64,000 nucleotides of DNA. Source: Hormiphora californensis. Lineage: Eukaryota; Animalia; Ctenophora. Location: NCBI GenBank assembly GCA_020137815.1, contig CM035353.1, positions 3,038,001-3,102,000 on the forward strand. The letters run 5' to 3'. The notes under the pieces were generated by a model. That model saw only the letters and a program-made list of their open reading frames with translations. It was not told where the DNA came from and ran no database searches. Below, piece by piece: positions 11,690-24,892 of the stretch (position 1 is its first letter; each line of letters starts with the position of its first letter). The translations under genes and the position numbers were made by a program.

Positions 11690-12750
11690 TCAAAGTTTGA
11701 ATATCAAATTTGCCAAAATTGTGCAGGGGCCACCCCAAAATTAATCTCTAAGTAATTAATTAATTAATTTTGACTATTCCCACTTTCTGTAGATTATATT
11801 ATATGTTTTATGCATGAAGAACATTCCTAGAAAGTTTCAAGTCGATATTTTAAGCAGAACGGAAAATATAATTTAGTGCATGGGCAAACAAAATGGTGCA
11901 AGGGCACTTGGCCACATTGATGCCTGAGTGAGATCGAGGTCGCGCAGCGACCGAGATCGATCTCACATCGAGCGAGAATAGGTTGCAATGGAGCCAACAA
12001 GGGCACATGTTCAGGGGAAATTTGCACAAATTGTGCAGGGGCAAATTTTAATTAATTTGCCTATAATTAATTACCTAATTGATATATTAATCATACGGCT
12101 CTTCTAGTACTCGTAGTTATGCTACTAGAACATGCATAGAAAGTTTCGTGTCAAAATATTAAACGGTGTGGACACAGTTCGATCATAAAATTGGTGCAAG
12201 GGCTGCCCTTGCACCATTTACCCTTGCACATTGCCTGCCCTTGCACCAAATTCCATTTTTTGCACGGCTCTAACTAACTAATTAATTAATTTTGACTATT
12301 CCCACTTTTCGAACATCATCTTTTATGATTGAAGAACATTCCTACAAAGTTTCAAGTCGATATTTTAAGCAGAACGGAAAATAGAATTTGGTGCAAGGGC
12401 GCGGTGCAAGGGACATAACACGCAATGTGCAGGGGCACGGTGCCCTTGCACCGTTTTTAATTACCTATAATTAATTAATTAATTAAAAATTCAAAAATCC
12501 GCCAACGTCATGACACAAAGGAATACTACAAGAACATGCCTACAAAATTTCAAGTCGATATCTCAAACGGTGTGGCCACAATCGTTGACATGTTTTTTGC
12601 CCCCCCCCCCCCCCCCCCCCAAAAAAAAAGACCTTTCTTTGTTCTTAATAGGGCCGGCATTTTTGGGTTTTTGTGCAGGGGCAAAAATTTTTTTTCTTTT
12701 TTTCGTTTTTTGCTGTTTTCTTCGGGTCGGAGGTGCCTGCCGGCACCTAA
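11690..12750. repeat. Complex repeat rich in TGCAAGGGC/GCCCTTGCA motifs with internal direct and inverted duplications
   Basis: e.g. 11755-11880 repeated at 12280-12400; terminal hairpin AGGTGCCTGCCGGCACCT near 12731. Confidence 0.6.
11908..11997. mobile_element. 90-bp TTGG...CCAA MITE with 9-bp TSD (MULE-like)
   Basis: TSD CAAGGGCAC at 11899-11907 and 11998-12006. Confidence 0.85.
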
Positions 12751-12825
12751 ATTGGGAGATGGGAAGGGGAACCCGAACCGATACATTATCCTGCAAAATA
12801 AAAAAAATCTGTCACATCATTTCAT

Positions 12826-13013
12826 TATAGTTAGGGTTGGATTTAGGGTTGGGCTAGGGTTACGGCTATCCCTTAGACCTAGAGACCCGTAGGGGGAGGG
12901 TTAGGGTTGACCCATAGACTTAGACTTAGCCCTACCCTCTACGGGTCCCTAGACCTAAGGGACAACCCTAACCCTAGCCCAACCCTAAACCCAACCATAA
13001 CCATAACCCTAAC
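12826..13013. repeat. Hairpin element built from degenerate TTAGGG/CCCTAA telomere-like units
   Basis: Left arm TTAGGGTTGGATTTAGGGTTGGGCTAGGGTTA, right arm its reverse complement. Confidence 0.8.
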
Positions 13014-13660
13014 GTCTTATGAAACATATCTCATGATACACTCATGAGCACATGTAGGTCAAAACGTCTCACTACTTTAAACAAATCAATTTGAGGCTGA
13101 TGAAGATGTTGTTCGTGTATTTCAACAAGGACACCGACCCAACCTCCTGTAAAGCTGGAAACATCGATCTACAAGCAGCCATCGCATCAAAACAGATAAC
13201 TTGTCACGTTGTTGTCAGTCTGCTGATCATTGTCGTGTTTGTCTCTCTATAGGTTTCGTCATGTATGCTGTCCCTCATTTCGGTATCAAGTTTTTTGTCT
13301 TATTATTATTCACTACTGGTTGAGCCCCCCCCCCCCCCCCCCCCGGTTAGGATGCTAGTACCCTATCAAACCTTTCTTACTGGTTATCCCTAGCCTTCTT
13401 GTGCTGGTGTGTGGTGGTATATGATTTAGGAGGGCGGTCACACTACCCAGCGGGTTTTGTAGAGCCGGCTCGATATTCTAGCTTTTCTAGGAGACATGTT
13501 TCAGGGCACGTTTCTGCTCAAGGAAGGGTAAGGCCATGCACTCATTTCAGGACCTGGCAGAGTTTTTTTGTGGGAAAGGGTACGGTTCAAGGGTTTCTGT
13601 TCCCCTAGTACTATAGGTGCGCTTGTGTAGCCCGTGTCAGGGCTGTTTTGTTCTCCCTAA

Positions 13661-13953
13661 GGGGAAACTCTAACTGAATGGCATCCCATTAATGGCATCC
13701 CATCAACAGTAAAACTCTAACTGATAATGAACCACAGTGATGGTTCTTTCTCTGTATTCTCTCTGTAGGCAGTACATCTATGCACTGCCTACAGAGAGAA
13801 TACAGAGAAAGAACTATAATAGGGCATGCCCGGGCACGGGCGCGCACACAGAGAGAATACAGAGAAAGAACCATCACTGTGGTCAATTATCAGTTAGAGT
13901 TTTACTGTTGATGGGATCCCATTAATGGGATGCCATTCAGTTAGAGTTTCCCC
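13661..13953. mobile_element. PIF/Harbinger (Tourist-like) MITE
   Basis: Long TIR GGGGAAACTCTAACTGAATGGCATCCC; TAA on both flanks. Confidence 0.88.
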
Positions 13954-14339
13954 TAATAAGGGAGAAGGGGTGTTTGCTCCTTGTTCTTTAGTGTAAGGCA
14001 GGGATCGGATGGGTATTGCTTCTCAGTTGGTGGGTTCGGTGTGGTTGTTTGTCGCCGCTCTCTCGCCCAGGTCCTGTATTAATACACAATTCAGCCATAC
14101 CATTCCAATCAGGTCGACCAAGGGTAAGAAATGAAAACCGATAATAATCACAAATCTTAACCCCCCTTATTGCTAGGGATTTCATTTACAGGGCATGCTC
14201 CCGATAAGGAGCGGTGAGTTCACTCGCTCATACTACCACAACCGTCATTCTTCAGGTTCTTGAAATCTTGGTAAATTTGCTTCCAAACAGCACAAGTCAC
14301 CTCTCCATGTTTCAGTGCACTTCGTTTTCTCCCACCCTC

Positions 14340-14543
14340 CCCTCCTCTCTCTCTGTCGCTCTCTCTCCCTACATATCTCTCTCTATCAGTCCGGGGAATT
14401 CCCAGGCCTCCCTGCACTTTGGCAGTGTTTCCAGTTCTTGTTTAGATTCTCTTGTAATTACTATCCCCTTAACTTCTTGGTCTCTCTATTGTCATCTTTC
14501 TCTTGCCATCTCTCTCTTCTCCTCTCTCTCTCCTCTCTCTTCA

Positions 14544-14584
<41 letters not shown>

Positions 14585-14808
14585 TCTCTCTGCTCTCCTC
14601 TCTCTCTCTTCTCCCTCTCTGCTCTCTCTCTCTCTCTCTCTCTCTCTCTACATCTCTCTCTCTCCGTCTCTCTCTCTCTCTCTCTCTATCTCCTCTTCTC
14701 TCTCTCCTCTCTCTTCTGTCTCTCTCTCCCTCTCTCTCTACTCTCTCTCTCTTCTCTTTTCTCTCTCTCTCTCTTTGCATCTTTCTCTATCTCCTGTCTC
14801 GCTCTCTG
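14340..14808. repeat. Imperfect (CT)n microsatellite
   Basis: Direct inspection; overlapping SL/RE ORFs are artefacts. Confidence 0.95.
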
Positions 14809-15117
14809 ACTAGACCATATCACACCTTCATATTTCCCACCAAACTTTTCAGCTGGCCAGGGGTAGGAGGTTGGAATTTAAGCCATCTGGCGGAACATTT
14901 TCCAATCCACTGGACACCCATGTAAAATTTGGACCTAGCGGCATCACTCACTCACCCCAAGTACACCATATTAACCTATTCATGCAAGAACAAAGCCAGT
15001 CACGACCATTATATATCTCCAGAAACCCTGATGATACCACGTACCCGTGACCAGTGCCTCGCTTCCTATTATAAGCCGCATACAAACGGGTGTGTGGTAC
15101 AGTTCTCCCTCCCCCTC

Positions 15118-15166
<49 letters not shown>

Positions 15167-16108
15167 ATTGTCAATATGATGATAGGAGCCAGCCGGGATG
15201 TTATCTTTATATGCAGTGTGTATATTGATTTGATCCTTTTCTTATCCTCCTCTTTCCCTCTAATCCCAATCCTCGTCCCCAACATCCCCCTTCCCTTCTC
15301 CCTAGTCCTATCACGGTGACTAGCAGTGCTCGATCTGGGCTGCCAAGCGGCCTAGATCTCGCTCCAGAGTCCTTCCTTTCCTCTACCAGAGTCCTTCCTT
15401 TCCTCTACCAGTCCGTCAGTTTGTCAATATCCCTACTCATTATTGTGCTGGCAGGCGCTGTCTAGAGGTAGCGTAGAAATCATGTCATTAACTTTGTTTG
15501 ACAAAACTGAACCTGCGTGCTATCGAGATTGGTAGCACACACTCGTGATTGGGTGAGGCAGACAGTGTCGGTGCAAGTCACCGGGGTCAAGCAAGGGACC
15601 GTATTGAGTGCTATTATCGTTGCTTGTCACATCCAATAGTCGGACTGCCACATGGATCGAGAAATAGCCGCGCTGACGGCCGAAAAAAAAAAGAAAAAAA
15701 AAAAGATGTTGTTACATCGAAACTGTTCTGATTAATAAACCACCGTGTTTTCATTTTGTCCCTGTTGACCCAGCCGGAAGGAGATACCATCTCTACAGAC
15801 TGATAATATCAGTGATATGAGGTAATGAATAATTTATCTAGATGAGCTACTTGTCAGTGATTAATATCACATGCAGGTGCAGAAGCTATAACGGTCATAA
15901 AACGTTGCTTATATAGAGAGAGTACTTACATATGGCACCATTGCAGGGCCCACGACACCCGGGGGGGGGGGGCTACCCTCCCTCCCTGGGATTTACCAAA
16001 ATTGTAAAATTTATTGATTTTAGACTTCTAAATGCATGGAAATGTATGACAATATGTTAAAAGTCTCAATTTTTCGGAGGCTAGGGGAATTTCCTAGAAC
16101 CTCTGAAA

Positions 16109-16788
16109 TTGGTAACATAGACACCGTGCGCGACCAAGATTGAGCTCACACACAGGTGTCTGCTCCGTCCCAAAAAGGGTTGTTTCTTTCCAGGGATGTT
16201 GCACGCGATCCACTGGACCGATTTGCATCCGGTTTGTCGCAAAAGACTACAAATGATCCTAATATACTGGAAAATACCCGAGAAGTTTGTCTGTCAACAG
16301 GAAGTGGGTCAAAATTGACACTGAAGTCAAATCTATATTCTGGCTTCCGAGAGTTTCTGCACTACGCCCATGCGATTTAGAAGATATTGGGAGATATGTT
16401 ATTGATGCAATTAGCACCAGCTATTAATGCCGGGTATTTTCCAGTACTCACAAAAGTTCAACCTATCTTCTGATACCCTCAGATTCATTCTAAACCGTCT
16501 GGGAGTGGTGCAAAAAGGCTCGGAAGACAGATTATAGATTTGACTTCAGTGTCAATTTTGACCCACTTCCTGTTGACAGAAAAACTTCTCGGGTATTTTC
16601 CAGTAAATTAGGATCAATTTGTAGTCTTTTGCGAGAAACCGGATGCAAATCGGTCCAGTGGATCACGTGCAATTTGGCTTGAAAGACACGACCCTTTTTT
16701 AGGGGGCGGAGCGGACACCTATGTGCGAGCTCGATCTCGGTCGCTGCGCGACCTCGATCTCGCACGCACTAGGTGTCAATGCCACCAA
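16109..16788. mobile_element. 680-bp TTGG...CCAA non-autonomous element with long inverted arms, 9-bp TSD
   Basis: TSD CCTCTGAAA at 16100-16108 and 16789-16797; arms ~16145-16340 vs ~16532-16730. Confidence 0.88.
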
Positions 16789-16993
16789 CCTCTGAAATAC
16801 GAAAAAAGTCGAAAACTGCTAAAAATGACAGTTTTTGCCGTTTTACGCAAATACGGCACATTACAGGATTTTAATTTTATGTTTTTCGAATTCTACGTCA
16901 ACAAATACATGGGGTAGGGTCCGTAACTTCTCGGGTTACTCTAGGCGAGGTATAACCTCCTTCCAGGACACCGTGTTGTGGTATACGGCCTCT

Positions 16994-17788
16994 GTAGTAG
17001 AGTCGATAACTACATCGACCTCTCCCAATTGTTCCAGTTTTTGTCACATCAGTTTGGAGCCTCGACACGACCTCTAAACAGGTGTTACTTTTTCACAAAC
17101 TGTTTTCATCTTGGTGTAATCAGCAGTTGAAATGTTGTTGATCATAACAAAAACCGAACTATTTTTTTTCAACTTGGGGTAAAACCATGGGTGTCAAAAG
17201 TTAGCTCTAGGTCCCCTGAGTAACCATCCGGAGACTCCTAAGAGATATTTCAAGCCGTTCTCCTGTAATCATTAATCCCGGTAGAGCACATATTTGAGTA
17301 TGGACGTACGTGCAATTGCCTACAACCTCAACTTTAATGTATAACGTTAATGTGCGTCTCTCTCTTTTCTCCCCCTTGAGAAAGAGTTATCTCGCGCGGC
17401 GCAACCGCACGTGCGGTTTTTCCAGAGAGAGTGAGAGACATACAATAACATGTAAACAGCCTGCCAGCGCTCACGTACGTCCGCATTGTATTTTTTTCTC
17501 CACCGGGATTAATGATTACGGGAGAACGGCTTGAAATATCTCTTAGAGTCTCCGGATGTTACTCAGGGGACCTAGAGCTAACTTTTGACACCCATGGTTT
17601 TACCCCAAGTTGAAAAAATTTAGTCAGGTTTTTGTTATGATCAGCAACATTTCAACTGCTGATTACACCAAGATGAAAACAGTTTGTGAAAAAGTAACAC
17701 CTGTTTAGAGGTCGTGTCGAGGCTCCAAACAGATGTGACAAAAACTGGAACAATTGGGAGAGGTCGATGTAGTTATCGACTCTACTAC
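16994..17788. mobile_element. Foldback element with ~290-bp near-perfect inverted arms
   Basis: GTAGTAGAGTCGATAACTACATCG... vs ...CGATGTAGTTATCGACTCTACTAC; no clear TSD. Confidence 0.8.
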
Positions 17789-20299
17789 TGATTGGGGGAT
17801 AGTACGTATAGCGGTGACACTAAATGTTCTGGCGTTTTAGCTGAGTTCAATCTTGGCCATTATCTTTTATTATATGTTCAGCTACTCTTTCAGATATATT
17901 TAGATAATCTAACTATTTAATTGAATACCGAGAGTTGCGAGATGTCTTTCTATGCTTGTTTATAAAGATAGTTATCAAGAAACAAGATTTGACACTAAAT
18001 GGTTTAGACTATCGTTATGACAAGTTGTAATAAAAATATTTATTTTGTTCAAATCTATTTTGTTTTATTTTATAAAGGAGCTCAGCTGATCACTATCAGA
18101 CTTGTGTGGGAGACGCATTCCTTTTTCGTCAAAAAGTGATATCGGATAAGGCGATCTATAAATCCCCAAAATATTGGTTTTTTTTTTCAAACCTATACAT
18201 CGGCCCCCAACCGGGTGGGGGGGGAAGGGTTTTGCCCGAAAGGGGGCCCCGGATATCGGGGCAAATACCCTAAAATTTCCATATGGGGGAAGTTTTCCCC
18301 CCGGGAAATCGGGGGTTCCGGGAAAAACGGGGCCCGGAATCGGGGTCCGCTTACCTTTTATTAGGGGGCCAAATTTGGGGATTTTAAACCCTGGGGCCCC
18401 TTTACCACCGTTTTTGGGAAAAAATTTAAATTCCCAAAAGGGTTTTTTCGAACCACCCCTTTGAAAGGTTTTTTCGCTGGGGGGGGGAAAAAAAAAAACA
18501 AAAAATTAAGGGAAAAAGAAGAAGGGGGGAAACCCGGGGAATCTGGAAAAGGGGGGAAAATTGTTCCCCTTTCTTAAGAAAAAACCCCCCCTTTTTTCCC
18601 CCCCTTTTTTCCTTTTTTTCTTTTTGCCCTTTTTTTTTGAATTAAAAAGGGGGGGGAAAAAACCCAAAGAAAACAAACCTGTTTTGAAGATTTTTTCCAA
18701 AAACAAAAGGCCCCCCAAAAAACCCCCCTTTTGGCCCCCCCCCCCTTTTTTTTTTTCATTTGAAAAAAAAAATTTTTTTTTTTTTTTTTGGGGGGGGGTT
18801 TATTTTTTTTTTCCTTTTCCCCCCTTTCAACCCCCTTTTTCCCCCAATTTAACCCCCGAAGATTTAAAAATTTCCAGTTTGCATTTTTTCCCCGGATTTT
18901 TTTTTATTTTGCATCCCCCTTTTTATTTCTCTTTGATTTTCTTTCTCCCTCTCTTATCCCCTAACTTCTTGAAAAAAACCCTTTTTTTAAAAATTTAGCT
19001 GGAAGACTTATTTTTTCCCGCTCCTTTCCCAATTGGGTTTGGTTTTTTTTTTTTACCGTCCCCCCCCTCAAATTTGGGCCTATCTTGCATAACTTTTAAA
19101 ATTTTTAAACCCCTGGGCCCTTGACCAAGGGATTTTTTACATTTCCCCGGGGGTTTGGTTTTATTAAGCTTCCAAAACAAAAAAAATTTTCCCCCGCGCC
19201 TCTCGCTAGCTCGCTCTACTCTTTTTCTTGCCCCTCGTTCATTCTGGTGGAATAGAGAGAGGTCTCATTATGACTCACTCCAGGCTAATCGAGGACTCCC
19301 TCGGATCGAATTTCGCAACGTTGGCAGATGGTTTTGCCGCTTGGTTTTCCAACCAACAATGCACTCCACCCCCCCCCCCCCCCTTTTTCCGCCCGGGAAC
19401 GCCCTCCCGGCCTCCTCCGTGCCCCCTAGCCCCCCTTTTTACTCTCTTTTCTCTTGTGCAGGTTCCCTCGCATTTCGTAGTTCCCTTCCATTTCTCTTCC
19501 AGTTCTCTTCCAGTTCTCTTCCAGTTCACTTCCATTTCCGCGCTAGGTCCTCTTCTTCCATTTTCTGCGTCGGTCCTGTCTCTTCTTCCAATTCTACTGC
19601 TTGAATTGACGTTAAAGAATTGAACCAGCTGTGCATCTTGCCACATTCTTTGTATTTTTGTTTTATTTGATGCGATACCCTCTCATTTCTAACTTTGCAT
19701 CAGGTGTGACGTGTGTGCTGCCCGTCTCATATGGACTCTCTGAGACTATACATGAGGCATCAAGAGAACGGGAAACGGACCGTAGTTATAATAATATCAT
19801 TGTCATGGCAGACTTATTTTGTCCAGCTCAACATAATTATCAATTATTTACTATGAGTCTGCTAGCTATGCTCCTTTTGTGAACCAAGTCCCCTTCCATA
19901 CAATTTAGGGCACTTCATCTTGCATAAGTTCTTACGTAACAGAATTATAGGACCAAGGGAGTTATACATTATCTGGTTCTGTCCTATCTGCCATTCGATT
20001 GAAGCTTCTCTACCTGGTGACAATATGCATGTACATACCAACTTCTCTACCATGATTTACTAGCTCACTATGATGATATAGTGCTGCTAAATACTACACG
20101 TGCGAACCTCGTGTTCAAGTTACGATGCAGTGTATAGCAGCTGTTTCTCCTTCGCGCGTGTGCTTAAATGGACAGCGACAGCAGTAGTCCCAATTCCCCT
20201 GATGAGACCAGTCTTGGATAAATGGATATCATTTGTTGTTGTGAGATGGCATGTTATTGATAATTGATATCATCCATTTGCCAAACGCAGCAAAGGATC

Positions 20300-20304
20300 G
20301 GAAA

Positions 20305-20342
<38 letters not shown>

Positions 20343-20543
20343 CAAAGGCTCCTCCTCTCCTCTCTCGCTCTCTCTCTCTCTCTTATCTCCTCTCTCTCTC
20401 CTCTCCTCTCTCATCTCTCTCCTCTCTCTCTCTTCTTCCTCCATCCTCTCCTCGTCTCTCTCTCCAGCTCTCAACTCTCTTCTCTCTCGGTTCTCTCTCT
20501 CTCTCTCATCTCTCCTACTCTCTCTCTCCTCTCTCTCTCTCTC
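20300..20543. repeat. (CT)n microsatellite
   Basis: Direct inspection. Confidence 0.95.
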
Positions 20544-20544
20544 G

Positions 20545-23500
20545 TAACCTTTTATAGGGTATCACTGAGTCGTGTTTGGAGGTATTTTCAACCTGGATGC
20601 ACAAATCCATCTGCCGGGCTACCAGGTAATTCGAGCTGATAGGGTAGGTAGACAGGGAGGAGGTGGCTCTTCTTATATATGATGAAGTGTTTCCGATTAA
20701 AGTGTCACTATCTATGACGATGGCACATGTGAGCGGTTTTTCTGCCGTTCTCCCATCTTGTTCCATGAGTATTGCTTGTGTACCCGACCCCCCTGATGCC
20801 CCTTGATCACACCGCTTTTCCGGAGTTATCCAGTTCTTGGTTTCCACTTAGAAAAGGACCCGGTACCGAGTCTTCCTTATGGGGGACTTTAATTTTCCGA
20901 CCAATTGATTGGAAAAACTGTCTATCGGAGGCAGGTCAGCAGCAATACACGTCAGCCTCGAGATCTTCTGGGTTTTTCGAGAACTATTTTCTGCAACAGA
21001 TTGGGACTTCCCCTACACGAGGACAAAACAATCCTTACTTGTTTCCTTGTGAACAGTATCTCGTGTGGGCAAAGTTCTTGTGGGTAGGTTCCAGAGAGTC
21101 TGACCATAACCTAGTGCAATGTGGGTCTTACCTTCCACCCATCTCGCCCTCAACAGAGACATCGAGCTACAACTGGAAGGATTCAGACTCTTGACTGGCA
21201 CAAACGGGGACTAACGATCTCCTGAGAGAGAGACTCGCCTAGCTCAACCTGGGAAGCTTCACAGTGAGAGCGATTTTCACAGAGTTTTCCGGGTGTGGTT
21301 CACCCAAGAAATTCTCTTGTCTGCCGGAGCTCCGTATTCCCCGGAAGTAAACAGCTCCCAAGGGAAAACCAAAAACTGCTACAAAAACTCTAGGGGAGAA
21401 GATCAAACTCCGGCACGGTAATGGAAGCCTGAAAGTAAGGACGCAAGTTGCAGCAGCAGTAAAGAGGTTAGGAGCATCTCTCCTCCCATGTCTGCCTCGA
21501 GATCAAAGACCTGGTACTAGCTAGGAAGATGACCTGTGAGCGACGTTGCGGTACTGAATAATGAAGTCAACCCACGTTACTTCTACTCCTTCGCAAATCT
21601 TTTGCGAAAGGGGAGTCCTAGCATTCTCCCTTATCCAAAGAGGATGGCTCCATGGTAACTGACCCAAAGATATCGCAGACGCTTTCAAAGCGAGTTCTGT
21701 CAAGTTTTCAGCGACCCGAAAAACCCTGAACCGAGGAGCATAAGCCTTCAATAAACCTGATTCTATCTGGTTAGATTATGTATTGAGCTCCAAGATGAAG
21801 ATATCATCAAGGTGTGTAAGGACTGAAGTCGTCTTCCTCAACCCGGACCTGGATGCATCCCCTCCCGGATCCTGAAGAGTGTGCGGAGGTAACTGGTGAA
21901 AAACCTCTGGGACCATGTGGCGTTGACTCCACTTCGCCTAAGAAGTGCCGGAGTACTACAAATGGGTCACGCTTGTACCCCTCTACAAAAAGGGGGACAA
22001 GTCCAGCACCAAAAACTACAGGCCTGTTACTTTCGAGTCATGTAATCAAACTGTTCGAGCGAATGTCAGGGCTCATATGGTTGAACATTTTGAAAAAAAT
22101 GGATCTTTTCTAAAAGACACCATGGGTTTTCGTAAAGGACGATCGTGTTTGACCAGCTTCTGGCCACATAGACTGGGTTATGAAAGCCTTGTTGTGGAGA
22201 AAAAGATGTCGACACTGTGTACCTGGACTCCGGGGGGGAGGAGGGGATGAAGGGGGGGGGGGAGGATGGGAAGGAGGGAGTGGGAGTGGAAATAGTCGAG
22301 CGTTCGACGGCCGTGGTGGACATTATCCTCTGCTTGCTAACTGACGCGTATTGAGTCCCCTCTTCAACTGTGAATGGATCATCTTTTCTGACCGACGGAA
22401 AAAAAAGTGGGTTCTTTACGATCACAATCTGAGATCCGCAAACCATCATTAGCGGTTGTAACCCCAGGGGAGTGTTGCTGGCTCCACTACTCTTTCCTGA
22501 TCTTTTGATAATGATCTTGAGGGGGTTGTTAAAGTGCTATTCTCATTTTCTTTCTGAGCGACTCGAGAGCGCAATGGAGATATCTGCTGAAACTGACATG
22601 GTGAAGCCTACAGCAGGATCTGTCGAGTGGATGCGTGTCCTAGGACAATAAATGGTCCTAAAATGAGACCCAATATTTCTTCTGACCCACAAAACACCAC
22701 CCGAAATTCCCACATGTAACCTCTTTCCTTCCTAGGACGTGCTCGAGTACACAAAACACCACTAGTGGCGGTGCAAAGACTCACCATCGGATCATGTAGG
22801 ATCTGGGTAATCAGTCTCCATGACTTATCCCTGGAGACCGCACCTCGTAAATTTGGCCAAACTAGAGAGTGCAATGGCACAATGGGTGTTTTCGGGGTGT
22901 TCTCCAGTAGGAACCATAGCTGATATCACTGTATATCAAATCACTCACTGGTCAGGGGAAGCTTGATGGGAGTAACTGCCTCTCATTGTGGAGCCCGCCA
23001 AACCGTCGGAGACATCCAACGCTAGAGTCTGTCAGCGGGGTGTTCACAGCGAAAACTCTCGGTATGAAGGACCTTGACTACTGGCAGGCGTCTAAACGCC
23101 CTTGACTTGATGTCTTTGCAAAAAGACGACGGGATAGGTATGCAGTGCTAATTAGCACAAGACATATCGTGGTTGATACCAAACGAAAGGATGTTAGTTT
23201 CAAACCGTACATCCCGCCACGGTGTCCAAGAAGCAGAGTTACCCTGACCTGTCACGGGTGAAGAGGAAGCAAAAGAACTAGACAATATACAGCTCTTCTT
23301 TCGGTTCCATCGTCCCTAGACTGTGAACTGTCCTCCCGACGATCTGAGGGAGATTGAGGACCCTGACTTATTTAAATATAAGTTGGACCGTCCTTCTCCG
23401 TGATATCCCAGACCGTCCCCTACAACCTGATATCACGCACCAAACAGAACTCGTTGTCTGACTGGTGTGTTGGAGCCAGTTTCAATCAACGGTGGTACCG

Positions 23501-23556
23501 AGTCCTGGGATGACTGACGTTAGCCAATGACGAACAACTCAAAAGTATCAAAAGTC
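20545..23556 (+). mobile_element. Decayed or error-laden CR1-group LINE ORF2 (APE endonuclease + RT), 5' truncated
   Basis: Fragments FIGITES, HLPGYQVIRADRVGRQGG, YKKGDKSSTKNYRPV, GFRKGRSCLT, PQG-like motif near 22460; many frameshifts; short repeated tail AAAAGT. Confidence 0.8.
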
Positions 23557-23945
23557 ATAGTATCTCTCTCTCTCTCATCTCCTCTCTCTCTATCTCTCTC
23601 TCTGCCTGTGGTTAAACCCCTGTTTTTGTGGACATGTTGAGTGTCCTTGTAATGTTTAGTAGTCATAAATGACTTGACGGGAAACTGGAAGTCGGATAGA
23701 TCGTCCTCACAGGGTGCTATACAGCGTAGTACCGTAACACCAATGATCCCGCGTAGGTCCCCTGCACATTCAGTATAATAACAGCTGTGTGCAGTGGTAC
23801 ACAATGCAATTCCTCTTGTTACTTGTATCAATTGCAATCATTGATCTCTTCGAGTTTAGATTGTACACTAACCCTCTCTCTCTCTCTGAAATCTCTCTAA
23901 CACTTGAATCTAGATTGGTAATGAAATTATCCCTATCCGCACAAG

Positions 23946-24077
23946 TTGGTTACGAAGTCACCCCTAATATTTCATATAGCTCCCCCATTGGGGCGCTCGC
24001 GCGGAGGGATAAGATAATTTCATTACCAACCGCACAATCTCATATACATGGCGTATTAGGGGTGACTTCGTAACCAA
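23946..24077. mobile_element. 132-bp MITE with TTGG...CCAA TIRs
   Basis: TTGGTTACGAAGTCACCCCTAATA ... TATTAGGGGTGACTTCGTAACCAA; no matching TSD. Confidence 0.75.
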
Positions 24078-24156
24078 AACTTAGATGAGTGTACACCTTT
24101 ACTTGTACTTGGGCATAAGACAATAAAATTAAAATTTCCTTCAAAGGTTGGCAAGG

Positions 24157-24770
24157 GAGAGATAGAGAGAGAGAGAAGAGAGAGAGAGAGAGGAGAGAGA
24201 GAGCGAGATCAGAGCGCTATCTGCTATCTCCTCATCGATCAGAGCTAGGCGCTCTCTCTATCTACGAGCCGCTCGCTCGCTCTCTCTATCTCTCTCTCTC
24301 TCGCTCTCGCTCTCTCTCGTCTCCTCTTCTCGGTTTTTTCCTGGCTCTCTCTCTCGCTCTCCTCTCTCTCTCGCTCTCTGCTCTCTCTCGCCTCCTCTAC
24401 GCTCGCTCTCTCTTCGCGCTCTCTCTTCTCTCCTCTCGCTCTCTCTCTCTCTGCTCTCGTCTCTCAATCTCTCGCTCGCTCTCTCTCGCTCTCTCTTGCT
24501 CTCTCAATCCCCTCTCTCTCTTCTCGTTCCATCCTCTCTCCCGCTCATCTCTCCTCTCTGCTCGCTCTCTCATCCCTCTCCGCTTCTCTCCTCCGCTTCC
24601 TCTCTTCTCTTCTAGTCTTCTCTTCTCTCTGCTGTCTCTCCTCTCCTCTCTCTCTCATTCCTTCTTCTCTCTCCTACTATCTCTCTCTCTCTCTTCTCTC
24701 TCTCTCTCGCTCTTCCCTCTTCTTCTTCTTCTTCTACGCTCCGCTCTCATCTCTTTCTTCCTCACTCCTT
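24157..24770. repeat. Degenerate (GA)n/(CT)n microsatellite
   Basis: Direct inspection. Confidence 0.9.
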
Positions 24771-24892
24771 CCGTTTCCGCTTGCACACACAAACGAATTT
24801 AGGACAGCTCTTGCTTTCTGTCTATGAGAATAGAAAAATGCCGTTTTCACACGCGCAATATCTCTCAACCCATAACACCTACTGATCAATCT

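Noticed and set aside
14214-15319. Ser/Leu- and Arg/Glu-rich ORFs (also near 20230, 24260, 57700)
   Set aside because: Translations of (CT)n/(GA)n microsatellites
18174-19180. Phe/Lys/Pro/Gly-rich ORFs
   Set aside because: Homopolymer-dominated, probably low-quality sequence
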